A stretch of DNA of 63,802 nt, counting the filler, from Reclinomonas americana ATCC 50394 (Eukaryota), in assembly GCA_048213135.1 (NCBI GenBank). It is 6 parts of 5 records of this genome, joined end to end, with 100 filler letters (N's around TTAATTAATTAA, not from the genome) between each part and the next. Parts side by side here need not be neighbours in the genome. Positions count along the whole stretch, not along the records: positions 1 to 21,803 come from PS015472.1; positions 21,904 to 29,929 come from PS015473.1; 4 more parts are not named here. One strand, 5' to 3'. The position numbers and the translations under genes were made by a program. Numbering within the stretch: the first letter of the stretch is position 1; each line of letters starts with the position of its first letter. The notes beneath the pieces were generated by a model. The model was not told the DNA's origin. It ran no database searches and worked only from the letters and a program-made list of their open reading frames with translations. This document shows, piece after piece, positions 13,201-24,619 of this stretch.

Positions 13201-16200
13201 TATGTGTACGTCTCAGCCACCTGCACGGACACCAGCAATGTGTTTACCTCGACGGGTCCACGCTACGTCATCATGGATAGCTACGTGTACAGCTCATCGC
13301 CACAGACCGGCGGACCCAATCAGCGCATGATCATCACAGTGGGCGGCTCTGGCCTCCCTGTTGATGTCGGTTCCACTACGCAGTCGTATATGTTGTGCTA
13401 CTCGGGATTCAGCGCCACCGATCCGTCTTCGCTGACGCAACTGAATTCGCCGACCCTTGATAGCGGTACGATCCATGCATGCATATTTTTGGCGCTCAAC
13501 TGCTGCGCGTTCTCATTGACTGTGCAGTTTCCTTCTACGCCATCTCACCGCTGGTCACGACGAGCACCACACCGACCATCACCATCACTGGTGGTCTGAC
13601 CACTGCGGACGCCGCCACAATAGCAACTGGCTGGGATTGTCCACACTCGGGTGTGTCGGACGATCTCGTGTTGTCACTGGACAGTTTGCATCGGTTCACT
13701 CCAACACTGTCGGGTGGCAACGGTTAGACGAATGCACAAGGGCGAGTCCCATTGCACCACATGCTGTGCTGACTCCTTCGCCCGTTGCGCAGGACCGTAC
13801 ACGGTTTGTGTTTTGGTAGGTGGCACGCAAACTGGCCGCATCGCCACCGTGCAACTGTGGAACGCCGGACTTGGCTACATTGTCGGCCAGACCACGCTCA
13901 GCGCGACGGGTGGCAGTGGAGCCGGAGCGCGAATCACGGTGACGGCGAACTCCGACACCACAGTGTCGGCGGTGAGTGTGGCCAGTGGAGGCTTCGGATA
14001 CAGTGTCGGCGACATTATCGACATTGGCTGCTGCGGTGCACAAGTGCTCGTGGTGGAGACCAGTGTCGGCACACAATGGCGTCGTGTCGGTGATTCGCAG
14101 CGACCACCCACACCACTCGTTCTGAGTTGCGCATCAATCGCCTCACTGTGCCTCTTCTTGTGTTTCCCCCTGCTCACTGCTGCCTGTGCAGACTACTCCT
14201 TCGAGCCGCTTACTCTACCCGAGCTTTCTGTGTCCCTGTTGACGCTCACCGGTGCCTCTGCCTTTGCCGCGGGCGACTCGGTCGTCAACTGCGCCGATGG
14301 GTCCTTGGTGTGCTCTGTCGGCTCGGACCCGACAGCCGACACCTGGTCCACCGCTGGCGTCAGCTATGCCGTGTGCACCACTCCAGACAACCTCTCGGCG
14401 GTGAGCGCTGAAGTCCAAGTCGTGTGTCCCCTGTCGCCACGTGGGTGTTGCTCATGCTCCTGTTCATGCAGCAAACCGTCTACTTGTGTTACAACGGAGT
14501 GCAGGTGGCGATAAGCGGCCCGAATGGGCCTCTGATAATCGGCAAGTGTGGCTTCTACAACGTGAATTCGCGGCCCACGCAGTATAGCAGCCCGTTGTCT
14601 GCCGTCAGTACCGGGGCCAGTGCAGCCGGAGCGTGTGCCGGCGACGCGTCCTTGTCGGGAGTGGGCTGTCAGTGGTGCGTTCCTCTGTTGCATTGCCGCA
14701 CTGAATCGTGTATTCTAGTTTGTGTTTCGCTCGACTCTCCTTTTTTTGTGTCACCTTCGTCCTGTCTTGCTCCGACTTGCGCTCATGTGTGCCATGTTCA
14801 CCGCAGGTGTCAACCGACTGGCGCTCGAGTGCTGGGCGATTGGGACAAGCTATCGCAGTCGACTCTGCGTGGTTACTGCACCACAAGCGGCGTCTCTTGT
14901 GGCTCCGCGTACACGGCCCACGTCGGCTCTGTGAACATGATCAAGGATCAGGTAAGTGCTGACGCAGCGTGCACACTCGAGAGCAGCGCAGGCTGAGCAT
15001 TGGGTTTGTATGATCACAGGACCCAGTGTCGCTGTATCCAGTGTACGACAAGTGGAGGGAGAACGCGTTGCAGGTGCTGGAAGAAGTGCGCGCGAATCAG
15101 TACGCCTACTATCGCATCGCTCCGCCGCACAGGTGCCCTTTTATTCTGCTGTTACACGTCTGTAGTGCGTGTTGTTGATGTGGTGTGCTCTGCTGTGCAG
15201 AAACTTTGCCATGCGCGTCGCGGTGCGTACCGTGGATTACATGAACTTTGGTGACATGATCCAGGTGGTCGTGCAGCCGGCCACGCAGCCGACTGCTTCG
15301 GCATCGGGTGCTGTGCTGGCGTCGCGGGCTGGTGCCATCTGGAGCATCTCTGTCTCCACCCAACAGTTTGCGGTCGATGGTCTGCGCATCATCTCGTTGC
15401 TCCCGCTACTCTGTGATTTCTTCCGAGCTAACTTGGTATGCATGCTTGTTTGCAGGCGGCTGCGGTGCTGGCGGGTGCTCGGATTATTGGATTGGCGTCA
15501 CTTCCGATGTGCAGTATCCGCAAAAGTCGGGCGCCGCGCAGTTCCAGCTGCAAGTGTGGCTCGGTTTGTTAATGATGGAGAAGGAAGAAGGGTGTTGCGT
15601 GAGGGCAGAGTGCTGAACGATGCGGTTGACAGAAATGGATTTTGCAAACTTTGAGTGCGCCGACGCCGCCGGTGCGCTGGTTGATCCGCTGGTGGCCAGC
15701 ACGGATGCGGCGGCCGTGGTTGTCGGCAACTGCTTGCTTGTGGACGGACGTGACGGCACGCAATCTATGCTGGTGTCCTCGGCAGATGCGAGCTCACGAA
15801 GTGATGCGGTAAAGGTGACGCGACGCACACAGCGGCAAATTGATGCAGCATGAGCTGACTCAGCTGCGCGCAGTTTGTATTCGACGACATTGTGCCGCGT
15901 CCGCGTCGAGTCATGAGACTGGTGCAACAAAAGGCTGGCGCCGTGCTCCAGGACACCGATCGCTTCCGTCGTTCACACGTGTGGCTCACGGACGCTTTGT
16001 ATCTGCGCGACGGCTTTGAAATCAAGTTCCAGTTCCGCATTTCCGCACTCGGACTGTGCTCCGAGCTTGATGGGTGAGTGATTTCTTTGGTCAAGGGTGC
16101 CCAGCAGGCATGCAGTGACTCACTCTCCGCTGCTACTCTGGTAGTTTCTGCGGCGGAGGTGATGGGTTCGCGCTGGTGCTCGGCAAGGGTGTGCAGTTGA

Positions 16201-18117
16201 CGGACCGAGTGGCACCCCTGTGGGCGTCGGCGGCAACCGAGGCCATTGGTCGTGGACTGGGATTCGAGGGTCTCTCTGACATTGTGGCTGTGGAATTCGA
16301 CACTTGGTACAACAGCGAGCAGTACGACCCGAAGCAGGTGAGTGGTGCCTGCTGTTGTTCCAACATCATGCTTTGTTATTCTTCCTCACTCTTGTCTCAC
16401 ACGTCACAGGGTCTCGAACNNNNNNNNNNNNNNNNNNNNNNNNNNNNNNNNNNNNNNNNNNNNNNNNNNNNNNNNNNNNNNNNNNNNNNNNNNNNNNNNN
16501 NNNNNNNNNNNNNNNNNNNNNNNNNNNNNNNNNNNNNNNNNNNNNNNNNNNNNNNNNNNNNNNNNNNNNNNNNNNNNNNNNNNNNNNNNNNNNNNNNNNN
16601 NNNNNNNNNNNNNNNNNNNNNNNNNNNNNNNNNNNNNNNNNNNNNNNNNNNNNNNNNNNNNNNNNNNNNNNNNNNNNNNNNNNNNNNNNNNNNNNNNNNN
16701 NNNNNNNNNNNNNNNNNNNNNNNNNNNNNNNNNNNNNNNNNNNNNNNNNNNNNNNNNNNNNNNNNNNNNNNNNNNNNNNNNNNNNNNNNNNNNNNNNNNN
16801 NNNNNNNNNNNNNNNNNNNNNNNNNNNNNNNNNNNNNNNNNNNNNNNNNNNNNNNNNNNNNNNNNNNNNNNNNNNNNNNNNNNNNNNNNNNNNNNNNNNN
16901 NNNNNNNNNNNNNNNNNNNNNNNNNNNNNNNNNNNNNNNNNNNNNNNNNNNNNNNNNNNNNNNNNNNNNNNNNNNNNNNNNNNNNNNNNNNNNNNNNNNN
17001 NNNNNNNNNNNNNNNNNNNNNNNNNNNNNNNNNNNNNNNNNNNNNNNNNNNNNNNNNNNNNNNNNNNNNNNNNNNNNNNNNNNNNNNNNNNNNNNNNNNN
17101 NNNNNNNNNNNNNNNNNNNNNNNNNNNNNNNNNNNNNNNNNNNNNNNNNNNNNNNNNNNNNNNNNNNNNGGTGGTGGGTCAATGCCACCGAGTTTGTTGG
17201 GTACGCCGACAACCATATTGGAGGTGAGATCTACACGTGATGGTGGTTGTATGTCTTCCAGTCTTTGGTGTGGGCGCTCAACCGACCTGCCGCCGCATCC
17301 AGTGTTCTCGTCGCTGCAGGGTCAGCCGGCGAGCGCCGATCATTCGTCGGATTTTGCCATTGCCGACTCGTCTTCTATTCCAAGCCTGTCGGATGGGCAG
17401 ACGCATGCTGTGCGAGTCTGGTGAGTGGACGGAAAGAGGGAAGGGAGAGAGGGAGGGAGGGAGAGAGGGAGGGAGGAGTGAAGGAGGGAGATAAGGAGGG
17501 AGGGTGAGGAGAGGGAGGAGAGAGAGAGAGAGACAGAGTGAGAGAGAGAGAGAGAGGAGACTGAGAGAAACCGAGAGAGACTGAGAGAGACTGAGTGAGA
17601 GACAGAAAGAGAGAGAGACTGAGAGAGAAGGGGACACCACGCTGTCGACCACCGCAAGCTGCACTAACACAGTCATCGCACATCGCCCCTCCTCGTAATG
17701 TGTGTCCTTATTACCCTGTCGTATTCACTCCAGGTACATTCCGTCTCTGTTCGGGCGACCCGGCAATCTGATCATATTTATCGACAACAACTCGCGTCCG
17801 GCACTCGTGGCCGAAGTCACGCTTGACAGTGCCTACAGCAAGCACTACAAGAAGCAGCGAGTGAGTGCACTTCCGACTGCGGTGCATGCCCTGACAGTGC
17901 CTGACATCTGCGGTCGCGAACAGGGCGTGCTGGACTCAGACGGATACGGATTTGTGGGGTTCACTGCGGCCGTTGGCGACGTGACGCAGACAGTGGATAT
18001 CTTGTCGTGGAGTTTCTGTCACAAACTGTTGCGTCGTGTGCATGCTTTTGCGTCTGACTTGCTGCTGACTGACGCGACATTCGCATTCCTCGACGCAGCG
18101 GGTGCGTGGCCGACTGA
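10271..18117 (+). CDS. Large multi-exon surface/secreted-type protein: NHL repeats, FN3-like modules, YxVC-motif repeats and a C-terminal L-type (legume-like) lectin domain
   Basis: NHL: FSSPSGIAVD...VYTADTGNSRIR, VTTLAG...GFANADG, ARFSQP. FN3-like: LGGLSSSTQYYFR, LTPQQTYYFRAV. Lectin: GFEIKFQFRI...GGDGFALVL...GLGFEGLSDIVAVEFDTWYN...GFVGFTAAVG...DILSWSF. The 5' end and one middle part lie in gaps; exact 3' end inferred. Confidence 0.72.
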
Positions 18118-18120
18118 TCG

Positions 18121-18532
18121 GAAAGGGAAGATGACTGTTTGGAGAAGAGTTATTGTGTATTGGAAGGAAAGCACACGAGACTTGTTGGCGATCACTGGTA
18201 GATGCTCATTGTTGTATGGATCAGTGAAGTTTCTATTATTATTTGGCATATGGTAAAATGAAGTGCCTTGTTTGTGTTGCGGAAGCGACGTCGCCGACCA
18301 GTTTTCGGCGTCGATATCGCAGCTGTCGTTTTTGAGAGTTATTGGGCCTACCAAGATTAATTGACTTCCTTCTCTCCCGTTTGCCGAATGCTGTGTACGT
18401 AGTGGCGATGCCGTGGAAAAACAAACAAAACACTTCATTCACCAAGAATGCGACCAAATGTCCACAAACTGCGCCGACAGTGAACACGACACAAACAACC
18501 ATAATCTCCTCCAAACAGTCATCTTCCCTTTC
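18121..18532. repeat. Inverted repeat with perfect 24-bp arms and diverged inner extensions
   Basis: GAAAGGGAAGATGACTGTTTGGAG at 18121-18144 and its exact reverse complement at 18509-18532. Confidence 0.85.
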
Positions 18533-20083
18533 AGGAGGCAAAGCCAAGCAATCGCGTGTTGGCCTCGCATATGGTATCAGCGGCATCGTGACAGGACACT
18601 GAAGTCAACGATCTTCTACGCATCTGCTCAGCGAAAGTAATACAGCAAGAGAAGTGTCCATGTTGGTCCACGTGACGGTCGTAGTCAAACTCGACGACGA
18701 CAACAACAAACATTAATGTCCTGTCACGTGTCCGCTCGTGCGTGTTCGATTTTGCGACGAGTGAGTGAGAAAGAGCGGCCTTCCATGAACGAGTTATACG
18801 CGTGAGTAATCTCCTCTCTCTCTCTCTCTCTCTCTTTCTCTCATTCACGCGCACGCTCTCTGAGAGAAAGAAACTCATGCACGCACACACTGGCTCTCTC
18901 ACTGTGTCAATGCGTTTTCGGAAAAGTGAATGCACAGTTGGGCGGCGCTCACATTCTCTGTTTCTCTTTCTCTCTCACTTACTCATTGCACTTAGACAAA
19001 CGCACATTGAAACATGAGTGTCATGATGAGCCTCGACTCATTTCAGTCTGACAAAGCACTTCTCATTGCGTCTGTGTGTGCGCTTCTCTCTGTCTTTCCC
19101 CCTTTTGCTTTCCCTGTCTGTGTGGTTGTCTCTTCCTTTATCGCTCTTTCTCTCCACTGTTTCTCTCTGTCATTCTCTGTCACTCTGTTTGTCTGTCTTT
19201 CTTTCACCCTTTGTGCTTTCCCTCTCTCTCTCTCTTCCTTTATCGCTCTTTCTCTCCACTGTTTCTCTGTCATTCTCTGTCACTCTCTGCTTGTCTGCCT
19301 GTCTTTCAGCCTTGCTCTCTCTCTCTCTCTCTCTCTATTTCCCTGTCTCACTTGTTTTCTTTGTCTTCCTGCCTTCTCTCTCTGTTTGTCCTCCTTTCCC
19401 TCTCTCACTCTCACTCTCTCACTCTCACTTTCTCTCTCTCTCTTTGCCGGGCTGTGTCCGTATCTCACTGCCTCTGTCTCTGTGTGTGCTTTCACCTGCC
19501 CTTCTTTCTCGTTGTCTTGTTCGTCTGCTCACTCGTCGCTCTCTCTCTGCCTGTCTTTTCTCTCACGTACTGTCACACGCACACACTCTCTCCTGTCTGT
19601 GTCTCCCTGCCTCGCTGCCTCTGTCTGTGTGCGTTCTTTCTCTTTTTCTCTTTTTCTTGACTGAGGGGAGTGAGTGCGAAAAAACAGGAAGGTGAGACAA
19701 AGAGAGCGAGAGAGAGAGAGAGAGAAGAAAAAGATGAAGAAAGAGAGACCAACTGAAGGAGAACGCCACTGACAAAGTAAGCGAGAGCAACACAATAGGA
19801 AAGTGAGAAACAGAGGCAGAGAGAGAAGAGCGACAGTCCCTCCTCTCCTCTCCCCTCCTCTCCTCTCCCCTCCTCTCCTCTCCCCTCCTCTCCCCTCCTT
19901 TCCTCCCCTCTCCTCCCCTCTTCTCCCCTCTCCTCCCCNNNNNNNNNNNNNNNNNNNNCTCCTCCCTCCTCCTCCCTCCTCCTCCCCTCTCCTCTCCTCT
20001 CCTCCCCTCTCCTCCCCTCTCCTCTCCTCTGCCCCCCTCTCCTCTCTCTCTCCCTCCCCTCCTCTCCCCTTCACCCTTCCCCT

Positions 20084-20662
20084 TTGCTCACCACCCTTCT
20101 GCGCAGCTTCCCCCCCACCACCTCGGCCTACCTCGACTCCCTCAACAACAGCCCCGGCGGCGTCAACTGGCACTCACAACTCCTCCTCGCGGCCAAATTC
20201 AACCGCCCCGATGTCATCACGCTCACCGCCCGCCTCTGCCCCTCCGCCATCGAGCGCTACGCCGGCAGCGTGCTGCACGAGGCCGTCAATCTCGGCCACG
20301 TGGAAGTCGTGCAGGCGGTGGCACGGCTGCGACCGGCGGCGCTGACCTTGCGCAACGTCGACGGACACACGCTGGTGCACACGGCGGTGATGCGCGACAA
20401 TCTGCGCATGTTTCACGTGCTGTGCCGCCTGCAGCCGGAGCTGTTGGGCATGTTTGAGAGCGATCACGAGTCGGTGTTGCATCGTGCGTGCGAGATGGGC
20501 CGGTTGGAGATGGTGCGCTTTGTGGTGCAACAGCGACCGCAGCTGCTGGACGAGCTCACGGAGAGTCACTGGTCGGTGCTTTTCATGGCCTGCTTTGCCG
20601 GTCACCTGCCCGTGATTGATTTCCTGTTGGAGAGGCGGCCGACACTGGCCGCCGTCACGGTC
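20084..20662 (+). CDS. Ankyrin-repeat protein fragment
   Basis: SVLHEAVNLGHVEVV, TLVHTAV, SVLHRACEMGRLEMV, SVLFMACFAGHLPVI. Confidence 0.75.
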
Positions 20663-21166
20663 NNNNNNNNNNNNNNNNNNNNNNNNNNNNNNNNNNNNNN
20701 NNNNNNNNNNNNNNNNNNNNNNNNNNNNNNNNNNNNNNNNNNNNNNNNNNNNNNNNNNNNNNNNNNNNNNNNNNNNNNNNNNNNNNNNNNNNNNNNNNNN
20801 NNNNNNNNNNNNNNNNNNNNNNNNNNNNNNNNNNNNNNNNNNNNNNNNNNNNNNNNNNNNNNNNNNNNNNNNNNNNNNNNNNNNNNNNNNNNNNNNNNNN
20901 NNNNNNNNNNNNNNNNNNNNNNNNNNNNNNNNNNNNNNNNNNNNNNNNNNNNNNNNNNNNNNNNNNNNNNNNNNNNNNNNNNNNNNNNNNNNNNNNNNNN
21001 NNNNNNNNNNNNNNNNNNNNNNNNNNNNNNNNNNNNNNNNNNNNNNNNNNNNNNNNNNNNNNNNNNNNNNNNNNNNNNNNNNNNNNNNNNNNNNNNNNNN
21101 NNNNNNNNNNNNNNNNNNNNNNNNNNNNNNNNNNNNNNNNNNNNNNNNNNNNNNNNNNNNNNNNNN

Positions 21167-21803
21167 CAAAGCACGCAAAACTGGTGGCGTCCGGCGGCCG
21201 CACATCCAGCAGGTCCGGCCGCCGCTGCACGAGCATCTTGAGCGTGTCGAGCTTGTCGTTGGTGGCCGCCACGTGCACCACCGAGCGGCCGGCGGTGGTC
21301 AGCAACTCCAACGCCGCCGGCTCCTCCTCCACCAGGTACTCGACCGAGGCGTTGGAGCCGTGCTGCGCCGCAATCGCCAGCGGCGTCGAGCCGGCCTTGG
21401 TGCGCATCAGCAGCACGGCGCGGTTCGTGCGCACAAACATCTTGATCATCTCCACCTCGTCGTGCTGCGCGGCAATGTGCACCGCACACCAGCCGGCGCT
21501 GTCGCCGGCCTCCAGCTGCGCCGGCATGAGGCGGGCCAGCAGTTCGGCGGCCGCCGCTTGCCGCTGCTCGGCGGCCACCGTCAGCGGCACCATGCCGTCC
21601 TGCCGCGCCACCGCGACCGACGCCGGGTACTGCTCACACAGCAACTCGAGCACACCGACACTGCCAAAGCGCGCCGCCACCATCGACGCCGTGAAGCCCG
21701 AGTCGGTGACGGCGTCGCGCAAGTCGGGGAAGTCGCGCATCAGTCGCTCCACCACCGCCACGTGATCCTCCTGCGCCGCCACATGTAGCGGGAGGTGCGA
21801 GTT
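21167..21803 (-). CDS. Ankyrin-repeat protein fragment (contig probably flipped; likely the same gene as the flanking fragments)
   Basis: PLHVAAQEDHVAVV, TASMVAARFG, CAVHIAAQHDEVEMI, TPLAIAAQHG; bounded by N gaps on both sides. Confidence 0.72.
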
Positions 21804-21847
21804 NNNNNNNNNNNNNNNNNNNNNNNNNNNNNNNNNNNNNNNNNNNN

Positions 21848-21859
21848 TTAATTAATTAA
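21848..21859. other. Artificial six-frame-stop scaffold linker (also at 29974, 35742, 54235, 62690)
   Basis: TTAATTAATTAA flanked by N runs on both sides, five times in the window. Confidence 0.95.
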
Positions 21860-21903
21860 NNNNNNNNNNNNNNNNNNNNNNNNNNNNNNNNNNNNNNNNN
21901 NNN

Positions 21904-23027
21904 CCGACACGGCGGCGTTTGGGTTCCTGCAGGTGCTGCAGTACCTCGACGAGTTGCGACCGGGCGAGTTTCTGCTGCAGACGACCAGTGCGGGCTTTAC
22001 GGCGCTGCATGCGGCGTGCCTGGGCGGCCATTTGGAGGTGGCCAAGTGGCTGGTCGACCGCTGTCCGGCGCTCGTCGACATGGTGTCCACGGACGGCTCG
22101 ACGGCGCTCAGCGAGGCTGTGCTGCGTGGCGAGATGGAGATTGTGCGCTGGTTGTGCGACACGCACCCGCAGCTGCTCGACAAGCCCGTGAAGAACGGCT
22201 GGTCGCTGCTGGCCATGGCGGTGCGGCAGGGGTACGTTGACGTGGCGCATTTGCTGGCGGAGCGGCGGCCGGCCATGCTCGACAGCATGGTGGAACCGGA
22301 TGGCTTTTGCCTCATGCACTTGGCCGCTGAGCAGGGCTCGCTGGAGATGGTCGAGTGGCTGCTGTCGGTGCGGCCGGCGCAGGCCGCCCTGCTGACTGCC
22401 GAGGGCGAGTTCTCGCCCATGTGGCAGGCGGCGTTTAGCGGCCACTTGGACATCGTACAGCGACTGCATGCGTTTGACGAGAGCCTCCTCGACACCAAGA
22501 CCACCCTCCTCTCCACGCCACTGTACTGCTCGGCCGAGATGGGCCATTTGGAGGTCGTCAAGTGGATTCTGGAGCGGCGGCCACTGATGCTCGATATTAA
22601 GCGCGACGACGGGTGCATACCGGTGCAGGTGGCGGCCTCGCACGGTCACCCGCAGGTGGTCGAGTTTTTGGCCGAGCATCGGCCGGCCGATGTGCTGGTG
22701 CGCTCCGACAATGGGAACGACGCGGTGCAGTGGGCGCGCGAGAATCAACAGGAGGAGATTGCGAGGTGGCTGGAGTGGTTTATCGAGGAGCACGGGTGGA
22801 GGAGGGTGGAGGTGGTTAAGGAGGAGGATAAGGAAAAGGGGGAGGGGGAAGGAGAGGAGGAGGAGGAAGAGGGGGAGGACGAGGAGGAGGAGGAGGAGGG
22901 TGAAGGGGAGAGGGGTGCAAAAATGGAGGTGGAGGGGGAGGCAATGTGCAAGGTGATGAGGAGGGATGATCGTGATGCGGGGGAGGTGGAGGGGATGGAG
23001 GAGGTGGAGGTGGATGGAGGGGAGTGA
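21904..23027 (+). CDS. Ankyrin-repeat protein, C-terminal part with a Glu-rich tail
   Basis: GFTALHAACLGGHLEVAKWL, TALSEAVLRGEMEIVRWL, TPLYCSAEMGHLEVVKWI, then an acidic tail ending at TGA 23027. Confidence 0.8.
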
Positions 23028-23298
23028 GGGTGGAGGAATGGAGGAATGGGTGTGGAATGAAATGCAATTAATTGGATGGTGGAGGGAAGGGGGAGGGGTG
23101 GGAAGAGTGATTCAAAGGGGGAAAGGAAGGAGGTTTGTGATGGATCGACGTCGCGAAGGGAAAGGGAAGGACACGCCTGACAAGATCGACTGACGTAACG
23201 ACGACGTAACTGGCGGACACTCACTGCACGTGCGTGCATTGCGGGCCACTATAAGCGTTTCGCGTCTTTTCAAGCAGGAGGCTTTGCCAGGCGGAAGC

Positions 23299-24056
23299 AT
23301 GTCTCAAAAGGTGCAAGAGAGTCACCAAAAAATACTGCGCAATTTGGTGCTGCTTCCTCACAACCGCCGATGCTTCTCGTGCGGCACTCTAGTTGCGCTG
23401 CTGTCAGTAAGCTCAATGTTCATATGTGCATCCCACTTCGCCGTGCCTCAACCGCGTGAGAGTTTCTTCTGCTCGCATTCTCAAATCCGCTCTCATTCAT
23501 GCCCTCACTCACAGGGCAACGTGTACGTGGTGCTGCCATATAACATCTTTGGTTCTCATTGTCTTCTTGTGCTGTTGCTGAGTTGCTTTCACTGCGAGTG
23601 GCTCATCTCTTGGTGATACACGCTTGCAGTGTGCACGCACTGTGCTGGCATTTAGTTTCGTGTCTTGCTGCAGGCCGCGGTGTCCTCTTTCTAACTGTCT
23701 CCGCTTTTGACAGCCGCCGCATGTTAAACCACCGCGTTAAGGGCATTGGTATGGCCAATTTTTCAGCCGACGAGATCAAGGCTCTGCAGGAGGGTGGCAA
23801 CAAGGTGCGGCTGACTTGCACTTGTCTCAGCAAGTCGTGTCTTCGTCGTCCTCTTTCTCTCTCTCTTACGCACTCACTGTTTTTGGCTGCTTCTTGGTGC
23901 TGCTGCTTTCGCTAATACACAGGTCGCTCGTGATGTCTGGCTCGGGCAGCTGAAGGACAGTGATATTCGTCTTCCTGACCCCAAAGATGATCGGTTTGTT
24001 GGTGGTCAAAATGTGCGCCCTTCTCGGTGTTCAAGTGCTGGTGCCTCTTTCTCTGC

Positions 24057-24133
<77 letters not shown>

Positions 24134-24535
24134 CGTTCGTTCGACGTACGTACGTAGTAGTTAGGTACGGTCCGTTACGTACGTTCCGGTTCCGTTACGT
24201 TAGGAACGAACGAAAACGCCGTACTAACGTACGGAGGGNNNNNNNNNNNNNNNNNNNNNNNNNNNNNNNNNNNNNNNNNNNNNNNNNNNNNNNNNNNNNN
24301 NNNNNNNNNNNNNNNNNNNNNNNNNNNNNNNNNNNNNNNNNNNNNNNNNNNNNNNNNNNNNNNNNNNNNNNNNNNNNNNNNNNNNNNNNNNNNNNNNNNN
24401 NNNNNNNNNNNNNNNNNNNNNNNNNNNNNNNNNNNNNNNAACCGAACGTACGTAGTACGGTTTCGGTTTGGTTGGGTTCGGTAAGTAAGTAGTGCCGTCC
24501 TCCGTCGTTCGTACGTAGTCGTCGTGTCGTCTTCT

Positions 24536-24619
<84 letters not shown>

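Noticed and set aside
19014..20080. Long Ser/Leu- or Arg/Glu-rich ORFs in (CT)n/(GA)n tracts (also 54290-54680, 59715-60720, 62110-62645)
   Set aside because: These are translations of microsatellite and low-complexity DNA.
21804..21903. TTAATTAATTAA palindrome repeated five times in the window
   Set aside because: Always centred in N runs; an artificial six-frame-stop scaffold linker.
24131..24530. TACG-rich quasi-repeats after microsatellites (also 35656-35697)
   Set aside because: They follow the TACG flow order of pyrosequencing read tails. The same (CT)n(CA)n tract appears on both sides of the gap, so the gap and this sequence are probably artefacts.
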